The notes below the pieces were generated by a model. It made no database searches. It was given only the letters and a program-made list of their open reading frames with translations, and was not told where the DNA came from. This document shows positions 38,673 through 48,860 of a stretch of 64,000 nt of DNA, in pieces. Where the stretch lies: contig JBBIRK010000005.1 of NCBI GenBank assembly GCA_037441845.1, positions 64,001-128,000 on the forward strand, written 5' to 3'. The translations under genes and the position numbers were made by a program. The number at the start of each line of letters is the position of its first letter. The first letter of the stretch is position 1. Source of the DNA: Candidatus Zixiibacteriota bacterium. Its GTDB lineage: Bacteria; Zixibacteria; MSB-5A5; UBA10806; 4484-95.

Positions 38673-40667
38673 TTACATGAAAAGGGGGGCAAGCACCAGC
38701 GAAACGATCGCCATCAACTTGATAAGAATGTTCATCGATGGTCCGGATGTATCCTTGAAAGGATCACCTACCGTATCGCCGACGACCGCCGCCTTATGAG
38801 GAGCCGATCCTTTGCCGCCATGAGCGCCAGCCTCGATATACTTTTTGGCGTTATCCCATGCACCACCCGCATTGGCCATCATCAAAGCCAACATGACTCC
38901 CGCAAGAGTCGCCCCTGCAAGCAGCCCGCCCAGAGCCTCTTTGCCGAGCGTCAACCCGACAATGACCGGAGCACAAACGGCAAGCAGTCCGGGAACAATC
39001 ATCTGCTTGATTGCTGAGGTGGCGGCGATCGCCACACAGCGCTCGGAATCGGCTTTCGCTTTGCCTTCCATCAGTCCCTTTATTTCTTTGAATTGACGGC
39101 GAACCTCAATGACCATAGAGAAAGCTGCTTTTCCGACTGCGGTCATGGTAAGCGCTGCTATCAAAAACGGAATAAATCCTCCGATGAAAAGCCCGATTAC
39201 CGCTTTGGAGCTGACCAGATTGATCCCTTCTTCATGAAGTCCTACCGCTGAGGCATAAGCCGAAAACAACGCAAGAGCAGTCAACGCGGCCGAACCGATC
39301 GCGAACCCTTTCCCTATCGCCGCGGTGGTATTTCCCAGCGAATCGAGTTTGTCGGTTATCTTGCGGACATCATGCCCGAGACCGGACATTTCTGAAATGC
39401 CGCCTGCGTTATCGGCGACCGGACCGTAGGCATCGACCGACATGGTTACCCCGATAGTCGCCAGCATCCCAACCGCCGAGATACCGATACCGTAAAGCCC
39501 GGCGAATTTATTCCCGATAAAGACGGCTATGCAGAGCACAATCACGGGCAGGGCAACGGATTCCATACCGACTGCCAGACCGGTAATCAGATTGGTGGCC
39601 GGACCCGTCTCGGATGCCTTGGCGATATTTCTTATCGGCTTTGCCGAAGTATAATATTCAGTCAACAGCCCGAGCGTGATTCCAGAAAGGGAACCGGCAA
39701 CGATGGCCCAGAATACACCGATTGCCACTCCAAGTCGTTGGCAGAGCCAATATGTCGCAACCATCATCAAAATGGCCGCCACATAAGTGACGATTCTCAA
39801 TGTGGCCGCAGGATTCAATGACGAAAATACTCTTACGGAGATGATACCTATAATAGAAGCAACGGCTCCCACCGCGGCGATCAAGAGCGGCAGGGCGATA
39901 TAGCCGATCATCGACTGGCCCTGGCTCATCACCAGAGATGTTCCGAGAACAATCGAGGCGACTATCGAACCGACATACGATTCGAACAAGTCGGCGCCCA
40001 TACCGGCGACATCACCGACGTTGTCACCCACGTTATCGGCTATAACCGCCGGATTGCGCGGATCGTCCTCGGGAATGCCCGCCTCGACTTTACCGACAAG
40101 GTCGGCGCCCACATCGGCCGATTTCGTATATATCCCGCCGCCGACTCTCGCGAAAAGAGCGATTGACGACGCACCCATCGAAAAACCGGTCAGCACCTGC
40201 AACGCCCCCGGATTGTTCGGATCGAAAAATATCTGATAAAGCACTCCAACTCCAACCAAGCCGAGAGAGGCTACGCTCATCCCCATAACCGATCCGCCGG
40301 TGAAAGCGATTTCGAGCGCTTTGGCCTGACCATGCGCCCGGGCGGCCTCGGTAGTGCGGACATTGGCACGGGTGGCGGCATTCATACCGAAATAACCGGC
40401 AAGCATGGAACAGGCGCCGCCGAACAGAAACGCCAAGCCGGTATTAAGTCCTATTTTCCAGGTGAGTAAAAGAAACACGACGCACAGAAACGGAATCAAT
40501 ATAGAGTATTCCCGCTTCAGGAAAACCATCGCCCCCCGATGGATCGTTTCGGAAAGCTCTGTCATTTTTTCCGAACCGGAAGGCTGCCTTTTTATTACAA
40601 AGTAGAGGATTCCGGCAAAAATTATTCCCGCGATTCCCAGCAAGACCGCTATTAACCCGTTGCTCAT
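38673..40667 (-). CDS. hppA: Membrane-bound ion-translocating pyrophosphatase, K+-dependent type (probably Na+-pumping)
   Basis: [44 protein letters not shown] has Ala rather than Lys at the K+-dependence site. Confidence 0.93.
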   Translation of the reverse strand: MSNGLIAVLLGIAGIIFAGILYFVIKRQPSGSEKMTELSETIHRGAMVFLKREYSILIPFLCVVFLLLTWKIGLNTGLAFLFGGACSMLAGYFGMNAATRANVRTTEAARAHGQAKALEIAFTGGSVMGMSVASLGLVGVGVLYQIFFDPNNPGALQVLTGFSMGASSIALFARVGGGIYTKSADVGADLVGKVEAGIPEDDPRNPAVIADNVGDNVGDVAGMGADLFESYVGSIVASIVLGTSLVMSQGQSMIGYIALPLLIAAVGAVASIIGIISVRVFSSLNPAATLRIVTYVAAILMMVATYWLCQRLGVAIGVFWAIVAGSLSGITLGLLTEYYTSAKPIRNIAKASETGPATNLITGLAVGMESVALPVIVLCIAVFIGNKFAGLYGIGISAVGMLATIGVTMSVDAYGPVADNAGGISEMSGLGHDVRKITDKLDSLGNTTAAIGKGFAIGSAALTALALFSAYASAVGLHEEGINLVSSKAVIGLFIGGFIPFLIAALTMTAVGKAAFSMVIEVRRQFKEIKGLMEGKAKADSERCVAIAATSAIKQMIVPGLLAVCAPVIVGLTLGKEALGGLLAGATLAGVMLALMMANAGGAWDNAKKYIEAGAHGGKGSAPHKAAVVGDTVGDPFKDTSGPSMNILIKLMAIVSLVLAPLFM

Positions 40668-40723
40668 CAAATCTCCTTTCTTACTTGTCGATTTTCGCTA
40701 CATTTTTGCCAAATCATTTGCCA

Positions 40724-40751
40724 ATTTTAATAATTTGCCCGTATTAGTCAA
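40724..40751 (-). promoter_or_regulatory. Putative sigma70 promoter of hppA
   Basis: TTGACT-N16-TAAAAT on the minus strand. Confidence 0.6.
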
Positions 40752-40801
40752 GCGAATTATCCTTTGACTGATAGTCTAACCGGAATCGATCCCCGAACAT
40801 T

Positions 40802-41536
40802 TCATCGCAGCACTTTTCTTAAAAATTCGGCGGTTCTCGGATGCCTGGCGTCACCCAGCACATCGGAAGTGGCGCCGGCCTCCACGATCCTACCCGCATC
40901 CATAAAAATCGCCCTGTCCGAAACTTCTCTGGCAAATCCTATTTCATGAGTAACGATCACCATAGTCATGCCTTCGCCGGCAAGTTTTCTCATCACGGCC
41001 AAGACTTCGCCGGTCATTTCCGGATCCAGAGCGGAAGTCGGTTCATCGAACAGCATTATTTTCGGCTTTAAGCACAATGCCCGGGCGATCGCGGTCCGTT
41101 GTTTCTCGCCGCCGGACAGCTGACTCGGATATGATTTCGACTTGTTCTGTAAGCCTACCTTTTCGAGATAACGGCCGGCGATTTTTTCGGCCTCGGATTT
41201 TGTGAGTCGATTAACCACTCTGGGGGCCAGCATCAGATTCTCGAGTACATTCAGGTGAATAAAAAGCTCGAATTGCTGAAATACCATTCCCACATGGAGC
41301 CGGACCCGGTGAGCGTTTTTCGCGGAACCATCGATAGGGTCTCCGGCGATAACGATAGAACCGGAATCGATCGGTTCCAGGGCGTTAAGGCATCGAAGCA
41401 AAGTCGATTTGCCTGAGCCGGACGGGCCGATGATCACCAGAACCTCCCCGGGTTCCACGGAAAACGATATGTTTTCGAGCGCCGGATGATCGCCGAATCT
41501 TTTCGAGACGTTGCTGACTTCGATGATTGCCGGCAT
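40802..41536 (-). CDS. Polar amino-acid ABC transporter ATP-binding protein (GlnQ-like)
   Basis: [39 protein letters not shown]. Confidence 0.93.
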   Translation of the reverse strand: MPAIIEVSNVSKRFGDHPALENISFSVEPGEVLVIIGPSGSGKSTLLRCLNALEPIDSGSIVIAGDPIDGSAKNAHRVRLHVGMVFQQFELFIHLNVLENLMLAPRVVNRLTKSEAEKIAGRYLEKVGLQNKSKSYPSQLSGGEKQRTAIARALCLKPKIMLFDEPTSALDPEMTGEVLAVMRKLAGEGMTMVIVTHEIGFAREVSDRAIFMDAGRIVEAGATSDVLGDARHPRTAEFLRKVLR

Positions 41537-42210
41537 CAATGAATTCCCAGCCCCGGGATTCGGTATTTATTTTCCAGAACGGAGGCAGCTTTCGTCAGCG
41601 ATAAGGTTATGCTCAGATAAATCAGACCCACCAAGAACCAGGTATGAAAATCGATAAAATGTTGGGAATAGTATTCCGTTCCTGCGCGTGTCAGCTCGCG
41701 CAATCCGATAATCGAGACCAGCGATGAATCTTTCAGGCAGGCGATAAACTCGTTAGCCAAGGGCGGTATTATCAGCCGGAAAGCTTGAGGCAAAAGGATA
41801 TACCGCCACGATTGCAATCGACTCATACCCAAAGACAAGGCGGCTTCGGTCTGCCCTTTGGGTATCGCCTGTATTCCGGCTCGGACGATTTCCGAAATGT
41901 AGGCGCCGTAGCATATACCTATAGCCAGCACGCCCGCCAGCAGACGGTCGAGATTCAGCAATTTGCCCAGCCCGAAATAAATGAAAAAGATTTGAACCAA
42001 TAAGGGAATGCCCCTCACCACATTGATATATATTTTCGCTGGAATATTTACGTATTTCAATCGGGAAATCCTGCCCGACGCCCCGACGGTCCCAAGAACG
42101 ATCGCCAGGGCGAAACTGAGCAAGGTAATCTTGACGGTCGCGGGAACGGCTGGGAGCAGAAACATCAAAATCCGTATCATAATATCAGTTTGATTCAACA
42201 ATTCCGACAT
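41536..42210 (-). CDS. Polar amino-acid ABC transporter permease (GlnP/HisM-like)
   Basis: [36 protein letters not shown]. Confidence 0.93.
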   Translation of the reverse strand: MSELLNQTDIMIRILMFLLPAVPATVKITLLSFALAIVLGTVGASGRISRLKYVNIPAKIYINVVRGIPLLVQIFFIYFGLGKLLNLDRLLAGVLAIGICYGAYISEIVRAGIQAIPKGQTEAALSLGMSRLQSWRYILLPQAFRLIIPPLANEFIACLKDSSLVSIIGLRELTRAGTEYYSQHFIDFHTWFLVGLIYLSITLSLTKAASVLENKYRIPGLGIH

Positions 42211-42213
42211 CGA

Positions 42214-42969
42214 TCATCCCCCGATCCAATACGCGTTAAGAGAATCGATGAAATTTCTTTCCATAAGTCTGCCGAGAGCCGAATTTAGGCTGTCCAGCAA
42301 TTCGCTGTCGGATTTACGCACCGCTATTCCATAATTTTCCTCGGATAACAACGTCCCTACTATTTTGGCGTTGCCGCGAACCGCGATCACGCGCATGCTG
42401 GTCGGGTAATCGTTCAATACCGCATCCAACCGACCGTTTTCCATATCGATAAAAGCGGCTCCTATATTATCGAAACTTATCACCTGAGCGTCCTCAATTT
42501 CTTTGGCTTTCATTTCGCCGGTTGTTCCCAGCTGAACGCCGATCTTCTTCCCTTTGAGATCAGCGATACCGGTGATAGTGGTGTCGTTGATAGGAACCGC
42601 GATGGCCTGGCCGGCTTTATAGTATGGACGGCTGAACGACACGGCTTGTTGTCTGTCTTCGGTGATGGTCATTGCCGAGATAATACAATCGTATTTGCCC
42701 GAATTAAGCCCGCCGATTATTCCAGAAAACGGGACGACCGTGAATTCCGGCTTAAGGTTCAATTCGCGGCAAATCGCATTAATCAAATCGATATCGAAAC
42801 CGATCAGGCGGCCGGTTTTTTCATCGTTGAATTCGAAAGGGGGATAGGTCGCATCGGTTCCCAATCGCAGTATTCCGGAATTTGCGATCCGATCATAGGT
42901 GTCTCCATGGTCGGCTGTGCAGCCCAGCGCGAGACACAATGCGGTCGCTAAAAAGATGATCGTTTTCAT
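42214..42969 (-). CDS. Polar amino-acid ABC transporter substrate-binding lipoprotein
   Basis: Lipobox LALGC; DATYPPFE, GFDID, ISAMTIT..R, GVQLGTTG. Confidence 0.92.
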   Translation of the reverse strand: MKTIIFLATALCLALGCTADHGDTYDRIANSGILRLGTDATYPPFEFNDEKTGRLIGFDIDLINAICRELNLKPEFTVVPFSGIIGGLNSGKYDCIISAMTITEDRQQAVSFSRPYYKAGQAIAVPINDTTITGIADLKGKKIGVQLGTTGEMKAKEIEDAQVISFDNIGAAFIDMENGRLDAVLNDYPTSMRVIAVRGNAKIVGTLLSEENYGIAVRKSDSELLDSLNSALGRLMERNFIDSLNAYWIGG

Positions 42970-43394
42970 AACCAACTCTTCTTAAATTTGTTTTTATCAT
43001 CATAGCGCAAAAACTTGCCTTCGGCGCGGCAAATAATCTCTCTGTCCTCATGAAAAACGACTGCTTCGCATTCAACCAGGCGGCCGCGATACCGTAATCC
43101 TTCCGCCTTGACCATAATCCTCGACCCAATAAACGCCGGCCGTTTGTATTTGATTTGAACGGCGGCGGTTATGGCTGGAAATCCGCTGGAGTGTACAAGA
43201 TGCATCATGGCTTCATCTGCGATGGCGAACAATATTCCCCCGTGAACCACATTGTCGAAACCGCAATGTTCCGGCCTTGGATCGAACTCCGCTATGACAG
43301 TACTCCCGTCGAAAGTAAATGCCATATCGAGGCCGACTTTATTATCCCTGCCGCAAACGTAACAGAAGCGGCTGCGTAGAGTCGATAAAGGCAT
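42966..43394 (-). CDS. PaaI family hotdog-fold thioesterase
   Basis: CYVCG..N..GL, H.G....VHGG.....ADE.M. Confidence 0.85.
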   Translation of the reverse strand: MPLSTLRSRFCYVCGRDNKVGLDMAFTFDGSTVIAEFDPRPEHCGFDNVVHGGILFAIADEAMMHLVHSSGFPAITAAVQIKYKRPAFIGSRIMVKAEGLRYRGRLVECEAVVFHEDREIICRAEGKFLRYDDKNKFKKSWL

Positions 43395-43402
43395 CGAAGA
43401 CA

Positions 43403-43431
43403 ATAATAGGCCGGCTCCAAAAAGCGGTCAA
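43403..43431 (-). promoter_or_regulatory. Putative sigma70 promoter of the thioesterase-ABC operon (nearly leaderless)
   Basis: TTGACC-N17-TATTAT ending 8 nt before ATG 43394. Confidence 0.55.
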
Positions 43432-43435
43432 TAAA

Positions 43436-43494
43436 AATATCGGTCGATTCGACTTTGAATACGGCCGGATCGGAAATTATGCCCGACCGATATT
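43436..43494 (-). terminator. Long-loop hairpin, probable terminator of the pspC operon
   Basis: 11-bp inverted repeat AATATCGGTCG/CGACCGATATT followed by TTTATT on the minus strand. Confidence 0.45.
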
Positions 43495-43539
43495 GGAGAG
43501 CGGGAAAAGCGCCCGATTGATCTCACCGATACGCCGGAA

Positions 43540-44463
43540 TCAGTAGTATTCCAGTTCGATGCTGGAAACGCCCGAATCTATATTCAGCTCGATCCGGCAT
43601 TTTGCAGTTTCAAAGTTGTCGGATTTATACCGCCCCTCGAACTTTTTCAAACCTATCTCGGAGAAATTCGTAGAAGAAAGCGCGCCGTCATGGGCGATCA
43701 TAATCCCGGCCTCGCGCGGCACGAATAACCTCACACTCGATGCTCCAGAGCTCAGCCTTGCCAACACCTGATCCGATTTGAGACCGAATCTAAGAACCGT
43801 GTTCGAGGCTCCCGCATCGATATCAAGGTCGGTCAACATCAGTTCCCTCAAGTCCATCTCGACAGCGGACGCTGCTGAATTCACCGAAATCCGCAACGGC
43901 AGCCAATCCGCCACGAATAACCTGGCGTCGCCGGCCGATTTTGAGGTTTTGAAAAATCTGACTCTTCCCGGTTTGCCCGACTCGACAAAAATCGTGGCCT
44001 CGTCTCCTGACTTTTCGAGCCGGCATTTTGGATCCCTGCCGTAATATTCAAAATCGCTTTCGAAAAGGCTGGACGAACTCGAACCGAGCCATAAATCGCC
44101 CACAGCGCAATCGATATCCAAATTCAGTCTTTTCAAAGATTCGTCACGATCGAATTCATATTGCTTCGTTTTCCTGCGCAGGTCTTCCCATCGGTTAAAC
44201 ATGAAAGTTTTACTGCCTAATTGCTCGGCGGCCAAAACGGCGTAGGCGAATGCCGCAACTATTAATAGCGGTGAGGCCAATGACAAAAACCATAGCCTGC
44301 TGCGTCTGAATAATATCTCGACTCCTATGGCAATAATTAATACCGGCCAAAGTGTTATGATTGATCCCCATACGTCGTAATCGAGGTAGCCGAGATTGTT
44401 AGCCAAGAAAATCAGACCTACACAGAGAAGCAGTATTCCCCATCGGATCGAGCTAATTCTCAT
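43540..44463 (-). CDS. LiaF/DUF5668-like membrane protein with C-terminal beta-solenoid (toast-rack-like) domain
   Basis: WG..L..VG.IFL..NLG ... LWPVLII.IGV; repeated L.I..GAS strands; C-terminal SGVSSI. Confidence 0.7.
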   Translation of the reverse strand: MRISSIRWGILLLCVGLIFLANNLGYLDYDVWGSIITLWPVLIIAIGVEILFRRSRLWFLSLASPLLIVAAFAYAVLAAEQLGSKTFMFNRWEDLRRKTKQYEFDRDESLKRLNLDIDCAVGDLWLGSSSSSLFESDFEYYGRDPKCRLEKSGDEATIFVESGKPGRVRFFKTSKSAGDARLFVADWLPLRISVNSAASAVEMDLRELMLTDLDIDAGASNTVLRFGLKSDQVLARLSSGASSVRLFVPREAGIMIAHDGALSSTNFSEIGLKKFEGRYKSDNFETAKCRIELNIDSGVSSIELEYY

Positions 44464-44902
44464 GTTCGGCCTCCTTTTCCATACCCCGGGTTATCACCAG
44501 TATGCCGATCAGAATTATGATAATGGGCCATAGCTTAAAGACCGAGAACCAGCTCCAAACGTTAAGCGTCCCCAAAAGAGCCAAAAACCCGATCACGATA
44601 AAAGCTATTCCAAGAATTAAGCGCGGCCTGCTGACACTTAAGTCCCCGGCGGGTGTTCGTTCGTTCGGCTCCGAGCCGGCGGAATCATTTTTCGGCGGAA
44701 CCTCGCCATGGGAAATCGGCTTGCAGGGCATGATTATCCAGGCTACTATATATGACAGTAACCCAACACCGCCGGCGAAAAACAACAACACGGCCGCCAG
44801 TCTGATCAACACGGGATCGGTGTCGAAATATTCGGCCAATCCCGCGCAGACACCGCCGATTATTGCTCCCTCACGCGCTCTGTAGAGTCTTTTTGCGGCC
44901 AT
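44453..44902 (-). CDS. pspC: PspC-domain envelope stress protein with C-terminal LiaI/DUF5668-like helices
   Basis: KRLYR....IIGGVCAGLAEYF..DP.LIRL, YIVAWIIMP, LWP..II.IG. Confidence 0.85.
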   Translation of the reverse strand: MAAKRLYRAREGAIIGGVCAGLAEYFDTDPVLIRLAAVLLFFAGGVGLLSYIVAWIIMPCKPISHGEVPPKNDSAGSEPNERTPAGDLSVSRPRLILGIAFIVIGFLALLGTLNVWSWFSVFKLWPIIIILIGILVITRGMEKEAEHEN

Positions 44903-44943
44903 CGGAATTCCTCCCTTAATTATGGTGATCGTCTATGGATATT

Positions 44944-44970
44944 TACGTTGAAATCGCTGTCGGGGTTACA
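44944..44970 (-). promoter_or_regulatory. Putative ECF-sigma promoter of the pspC operon
   Basis: TGTAAC-N17-CGTA on the minus strand, the AAC/CGT architecture of SigW/SigX-type promoters. Confidence 0.6.
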
Positions 44971-44982
44971 GTAATTTCGGCA

Positions 44983-45696
44983 TTACGGTTCCGTCTCCGA
45001 CCCACCGGTCATCGGGACGAAACGGACCGGAATTATATTCGATTCTTTTATTCGACCATCGATTTTTCTGATAAGTTTCAGCTCTTGATAATAGGTGCCT
45101 ACCGGAATGACCAGACGCCCTCCCTCGGCTAATTGCTCGAGAAGAGCGGGAGGAACCGTCTCCGGCGCAGCGGTCACGATAATGACGTCGAACGGCGCGT
45201 GTTCCGGTAATCCCTTGTAACCATCGCCGCATATGACGGTGACATTATAATGCAGCGCTTTCAGTGTGGAATCCGCCCTCGAGGCAAGTTCGCTTAGTAT
45301 TTCGATAGAATAAACGGAATCCGAAATTTCGGCAAGCACGGCGGCCTGATAACCCGAACCGGTTCCTATTTCCAGCACTTTGGAATCTCTTGTCGGCTGT
45401 CCGAGTTCGGTCATCAAGGCCACTATATAGGGCTGACTGATGGTTTGACCAAGGCCTATCGGAAGCGGTTCGTCATCGTAAGCGCTCGCCCGCCATTTTT
45501 CCGGCACGAACAGATGGCGCGGAACCTTCCTCATCGCCTCAAGCGTCGCGCTGTCTTTCACTCCTCGGGCGACGATTTGCGTTTCCACCATTTCGAGACG
45601 CTTCTTTTCCCAAAAATCGATGGAATCCGGCGCCGGGCGATCCTTGGCCATCCCTGTTATTCCCAAAAGCACAATCAATAGACCTGCAATGGTCAA
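44983..45696 (-). CDS. pcm: Protein-L-isoaspartate O-methyltransferase with hydrophobic N-terminal extension
   Basis: RHLF, AY.D.PLPIG.GQTISQP, VLEIGTGSGYQAA, GDG, APFD.IIVTAA, GGRLVIPVG, VRFVP. Start is TTG 45696 (AGGAG upstream), TTG 45729 or ATG 45651. Confidence 0.92.
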   Translation of the reverse strand: MTIAGLLIVLLGITGMAKDRPAPDSIDFWEKKRLEMVETQIVARGVKDSATLEAMRKVPRHLFVPEKWRASAYDDEPLPIGLGQTISQPYIVALMTELGQPTRDSKVLEIGTGSGYQAAVLAEISDSVYSIEILSELASRADSTLKALHYNVTVICGDGYKGLPEHAPFDVIIVTAAPETVPPALLEQLAEGGRLVIPVGTYYQELKLIRKIDGRIKESNIIPVRFVPMTGGSETEP

Positions 45697-45731
45697 ATCC
45701 GGGAATCTCCTATGAGGGCATTTTAACAAAA

Positions 45732-46790
45732 TCAGAAAGAATAGTCAAAGCCGATATTGATCGTAAAGGATGAATAGTCAAGGAATCGTTTTGCGTCGCT
45801 TGCCGGTAAATCGGATTCGTTGCTGCTGATACCCGCTCCTATAAGTAATTCAGTCCGATGATTCAACGTTTGTCGAAGATCAAGACCGGCCCGCAACCGG
45901 GTATCCTCGCGCCCGAATCGGAATCGATCTTCCTGAGTCAATTTTTCGGTTTGATAAAGTGCGAGTCGATAACCCAATTTCGGCGAAACGAGCAACCGTT
46001 TGCCGGAAAGTCCATGCGCAGTCAATCTTGCTCCGCCCCAGAAGGAAAACATATCATAGGATGTGTCCCTGCGATAGGCCTCGCTGTTGCGGCCTCTGCT
46101 TTTGGCCGCGGTGAATTCATAGCCTCCGATCAGCCGATTCGCGTTGGTGAATCTGTAACCGAGTTCGAATCCGAAACAATAAATATGCAAATCGCGTTCA
46201 TTGAAGGAGTCATTAAAGTTTTTCCGTTCATATCCCAGATATGCCTTGCCCGTAATTTTTTTCATCAATATGGAATACAGCGTCAGATCCGCGCCGATTT
46301 TCGCGAATTCGGCTTCCTTATAGTCGCCATCGTAAGTTTGCAGATTGCGATAATAATAATCCGGAAGATAATTTATGCTCGCCTGTATGTAAGTTCCTTT
46401 GCGCAAATACTCTCTGGCCCAGATTCCGCCAGAATAATATCTACGCTTGTCATTTTTAATATTGAAATTATATACCGAATTGAACCCCGCCTGAAACGTA
46501 TGCCCCAATAACTCGCTTTTATAAATCATTCTGAAAGAAGGCGAGAATATAAAATCGTCTTTCGATTCGATGCCGAATCGTCCGCCGGGTGCAGCGCCGA
46601 TCGAATCGAATAAATCGAGATCGGCCTCGGAGTAGTTCAATACATTGTCATCGTAAGTGCATTTTAGGCCGATATCGAACTCCCACTTGCTTGCCGAAAC
46701 CGGACCGGGAGCAAACGACAGCATTGTAAAAATTATCAGAATCGGCAATACCGAAAAGCGCGCGAAACTCCGCTCGATGTCAGGCTTCAT
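45732..46790 (-). CDS. Putative outer-membrane beta-barrel protein
   Basis: Signal peptide, N-terminal YDDNV..DD.I motif, alternating aromatic/hydrophobic strands, terminal FTINIGFDYSF beta-signal. Confidence 0.7.
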   Translation of the reverse strand: MKPDIERSFARFSVLPILIIFTMLSFAPGPVSASKWEFDIGLKCTYDDNVLNYSEADLDLFDSIGAAPGGRFGIESKDDFIFSPSFRMIYKSELLGHTFQAGFNSVYNFNIKNDKRRYYSGGIWAREYLRKGTYIQASINYLPDYYYRNLQTYDGDYKEAEFAKIGADLTLYSILMKKITGKAYLGYERKNFNDSFNERDLHIYCFGFELGYRFTNANRLIGGYEFTAAKSRGRNSEAYRRDTSYDMFSFWGGARLTAHGLSGKRLLVSPKLGYRLALYQTEKLTQEDRFRFGREDTRLRAGLDLRQTLNHRTELLIGAGISSNESDLPASDAKRFLDYSSFTINIGFDYSF

Positions 46791-46802
46791 GTCGATCCAC
46801 CT

Positions 46803-47708
46803 TTATTGGCTATCCTGCTTGGGCAACGAAAATCTGATGCTGACGGTTTGAGCCGCGGATTCCTTGAGGCTGAAATCAAGAATATGAGTGCCCGCCGGCA
46901 CACGCAATATAAATTCCTCCGGCTGAGAGGGGACGACCCCGGTCAAATCCTGATAAGCGGTGGAAAGCGATTTTTCCACGGTCGCGGAAAAGACCTTGAG
47001 TTCCTTGCCGTTTTCTGAAACCGCGATCGTATATCCGATCCGGCCGTCGAGCTCGCTGGTGAAATTCGCCCTCGTGGTCATAATTAAATCGAGCGGGCCG
47101 GCCGCTTTCAGCTTCAGCCCCTTCTGCTGATCGATCAGATAATACATGGTCTGGTTTTTCTTCGAATAAAGATGAACCTTTCGATTGTATTCGAGCGGCC
47201 AAAGAGTGACAGGGGGGGCGCCTTCAGCGGAAATCTTTTCGGCGGCTATACGCACGAATACGGTATCGATATTTTCCGATACGAGCCATAGCCTGTAGTT
47301 ATGCAATCCCAGCGGAACATCGAACTGAAAAGCGCGCGCGGCCGCCGGCAATAATGCCGACCCGATGAACCTGCCTTCCGCCTTTTTGGCCTTGTGTTTG
47401 TCGGCATGAACCAGATACTCGCCGTTCCAAACCTGAACCTGATAGTCGGCTTGTATATTCTCTCCAGATAAACCGGCACGACTGCGGATTTCCACCATGG
47501 CGGGACCGTCTATCGCAAAACCGAGCGATTGACCCTTTACCAGCGCATGATAAACGAATGTTCTGCCTTTTCCGGCGTCAAACTGCACGATTCTTGGCTT
47601 ACCGAACGGAACGATTATTTTGGTCTTGGTCTTATCTCCATTTTGGGCGGAGGCCAGCGGCGCAAGCCCCACACAAAACCAGATCATAAAGCGGATAAGT
47701 CTTGCCAT
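46803..47708 (-). CDS. Exported (periplasmic) protein with two tandem beta-rich repeats
   Basis: Signal peptide (ASA|Q); repeat 1 Y..L....GP..V.I.SRA...Y.V.V...F.F.VP.G.H, repeat 2 YY.I....GP..L...TRA...Y.I.V...F.L.VP.G.H. Confidence 0.65.
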   Translation of the reverse strand: MARLIRFMIWFCVGLAPLASAQNGDKTKTKIIVPFGKPRIVQFDAGKGRTFVYHALVKGQSLGFAIDGPAMVEIRSRAGLSGENIQADYQVQVWNGEYLVHADKHKAKKAEGRFIGSALLPAAARAFQFDVPLGLHNYRLWLVSENIDTVFVRIAAEKISAEGAPPVTLWPLEYNRKVHLYSKKNQTMYYLIDQQKGLKLKAAGPLDLIMTTRANFTSELDGRIGYTIAVSENGKELKVFSATVEKSLSTAYQDLTGVVPSQPEEFILRVPAGTHILDFSLKESAAQTVSIRFSLPKQDSQ

Positions 47709-47720
47709 CTGAAATCCTCG

Positions 47721-48860
47721 TCAGGTTTTGCGGACAAAAAGGTGCCTGTTTTTAACGATGAAATAACGCAAATCGAGCCTTATGGCCAGTATTACTATCA
47801 AGAGCAGGATCAAAGTATAAATCGCCGTGGAAACCACCGAATAGCGATGTTTGATGAAAATCGGTCCCTCACCTATCTCCGGCTCTCCGGTCAAATCCAC
47901 CGGCAGCCCGTTTTTTTCAGCGATTGCACTTAAATCGAGAATATGGATCACCGGCAGTCGACGTTGCGCGAGAATATTTATTGCGCCCCGTGCCGGGAAT
48001 TGTCTGCCTCTTAGGGAAGCGCTGTATCCGGGTGGAATCAGACGAGCATTTTGCGCGGATCCCACCGCCGCCAATCCGCCGCCGACATTTACGACAGCCT
48101 TGAGCTCGCGTTCTCCTCTTTCGCGGTCGATTATGCTTATTCTCCTGTCGATATTTTTTTGCAACGCGTCCGCCGGCGATTTGGATTGCGGAGTAGTGAT
48201 CAGTTCGACATTGTTTCTTTTTATCGCCTCTTCAAGAAGCTGCCTTCCCCTGGGCGATAATCCCCTGCCCTCGTCGTTGCCGCCCCCCAGCGATGCCGCC
48301 ACCGATTTGTATTCCCAAATCCCGTTGACCACAAAAATGTTTTCCATGTCCAACCAGGTGAATTCGTCCCGGTTGGCTCCGAAAGAGGAGGCACCCACCG
48401 AGGTGATGATAATAGGTTTCAGACCGAGGATTTTACAGGCGGCCAACACCGCTATATTCGCCCCGGGAAACGATCCGCTGAAAAATACGGCGATCACGTC
48501 GCCTTCGACCAGATTCGCCCGCTTGAAATAATCGACCATTACGGCCGCTAAATTCGGATTGGTGGAAATCAGTTTGTCTCTGAGGCTGCTTCGGTCGGTG
48601 GTTATGAGTGAATATTGGGGACCGATTAATCCGGTAAGATTGGGATCGTTTTCGGCGTCGATTGCATATCCCCTTAACGATAATTCGTTTCTCACCAGCT
48701 CCTGAGCCTTTTGGGCCAGTTGCGCAGCTTTGATTTTCTGGTCATAATAATCGGATTTAAGCGGCGTCTGACTTTTTTCGGCGAGATAAAACAGGACTAT
48801 CGAACAAACCGCGAGGAATACCAGCAGTGCAAACGAAGGCTTGCCGGTGCGCTGTATCAT
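47721..48860 (-). CDS. pgsW: Poly-gamma-glutamate system protein PgsW
   Basis: DPN.TGLIG...S.ITT, K...TNPN.AA, SGSFPG.NIA, SVGASS.GAN, SLGG..D.G, VNVGG; N- and C-terminal TM helices; follows pgsBC. Confidence 0.85.
   Translation of the reverse strand: MIQRTGKPSFALLVFLAVCSIVLFYLAEKSQTPLKSDYYDQKIKAAQLAQKAQELVRNELSLRGYAIDAENDPNLTGLIGPQYSLITTDRSSLRDKLISTNPNLAAVMVDYFKRANLVEGDVIAVFFSGSFPGANIAVLAACKILGLKPIIITSVGASSFGANRDEFTWLDMENIFVVNGIWEYKSVAASLGGGNDEGRGLSPRGRQLLEEAIKRNNVELITTPQSKSPADALQKNIDRRISIIDRERGERELKAVVNVGGGLAAVGSAQNARLIPPGYSASLRGRQFPARGAINILAQRRLPVIHILDLSAIAEKNGLPVDLTGEPEIGEGPIFIKHRYSVVSTAIYTLILLLIVILAIRLDLRYFIVKNRHLFVRKT

Noticed and set aside
43415..43498. Riboswitch in front of the amino-acid ABC operon
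   Set aside because: The main hairpin lies upstream of the predicted promoter, so it would not be in the transcript, and it matches no aptamer I recognise; a terminator is the simpler reading.
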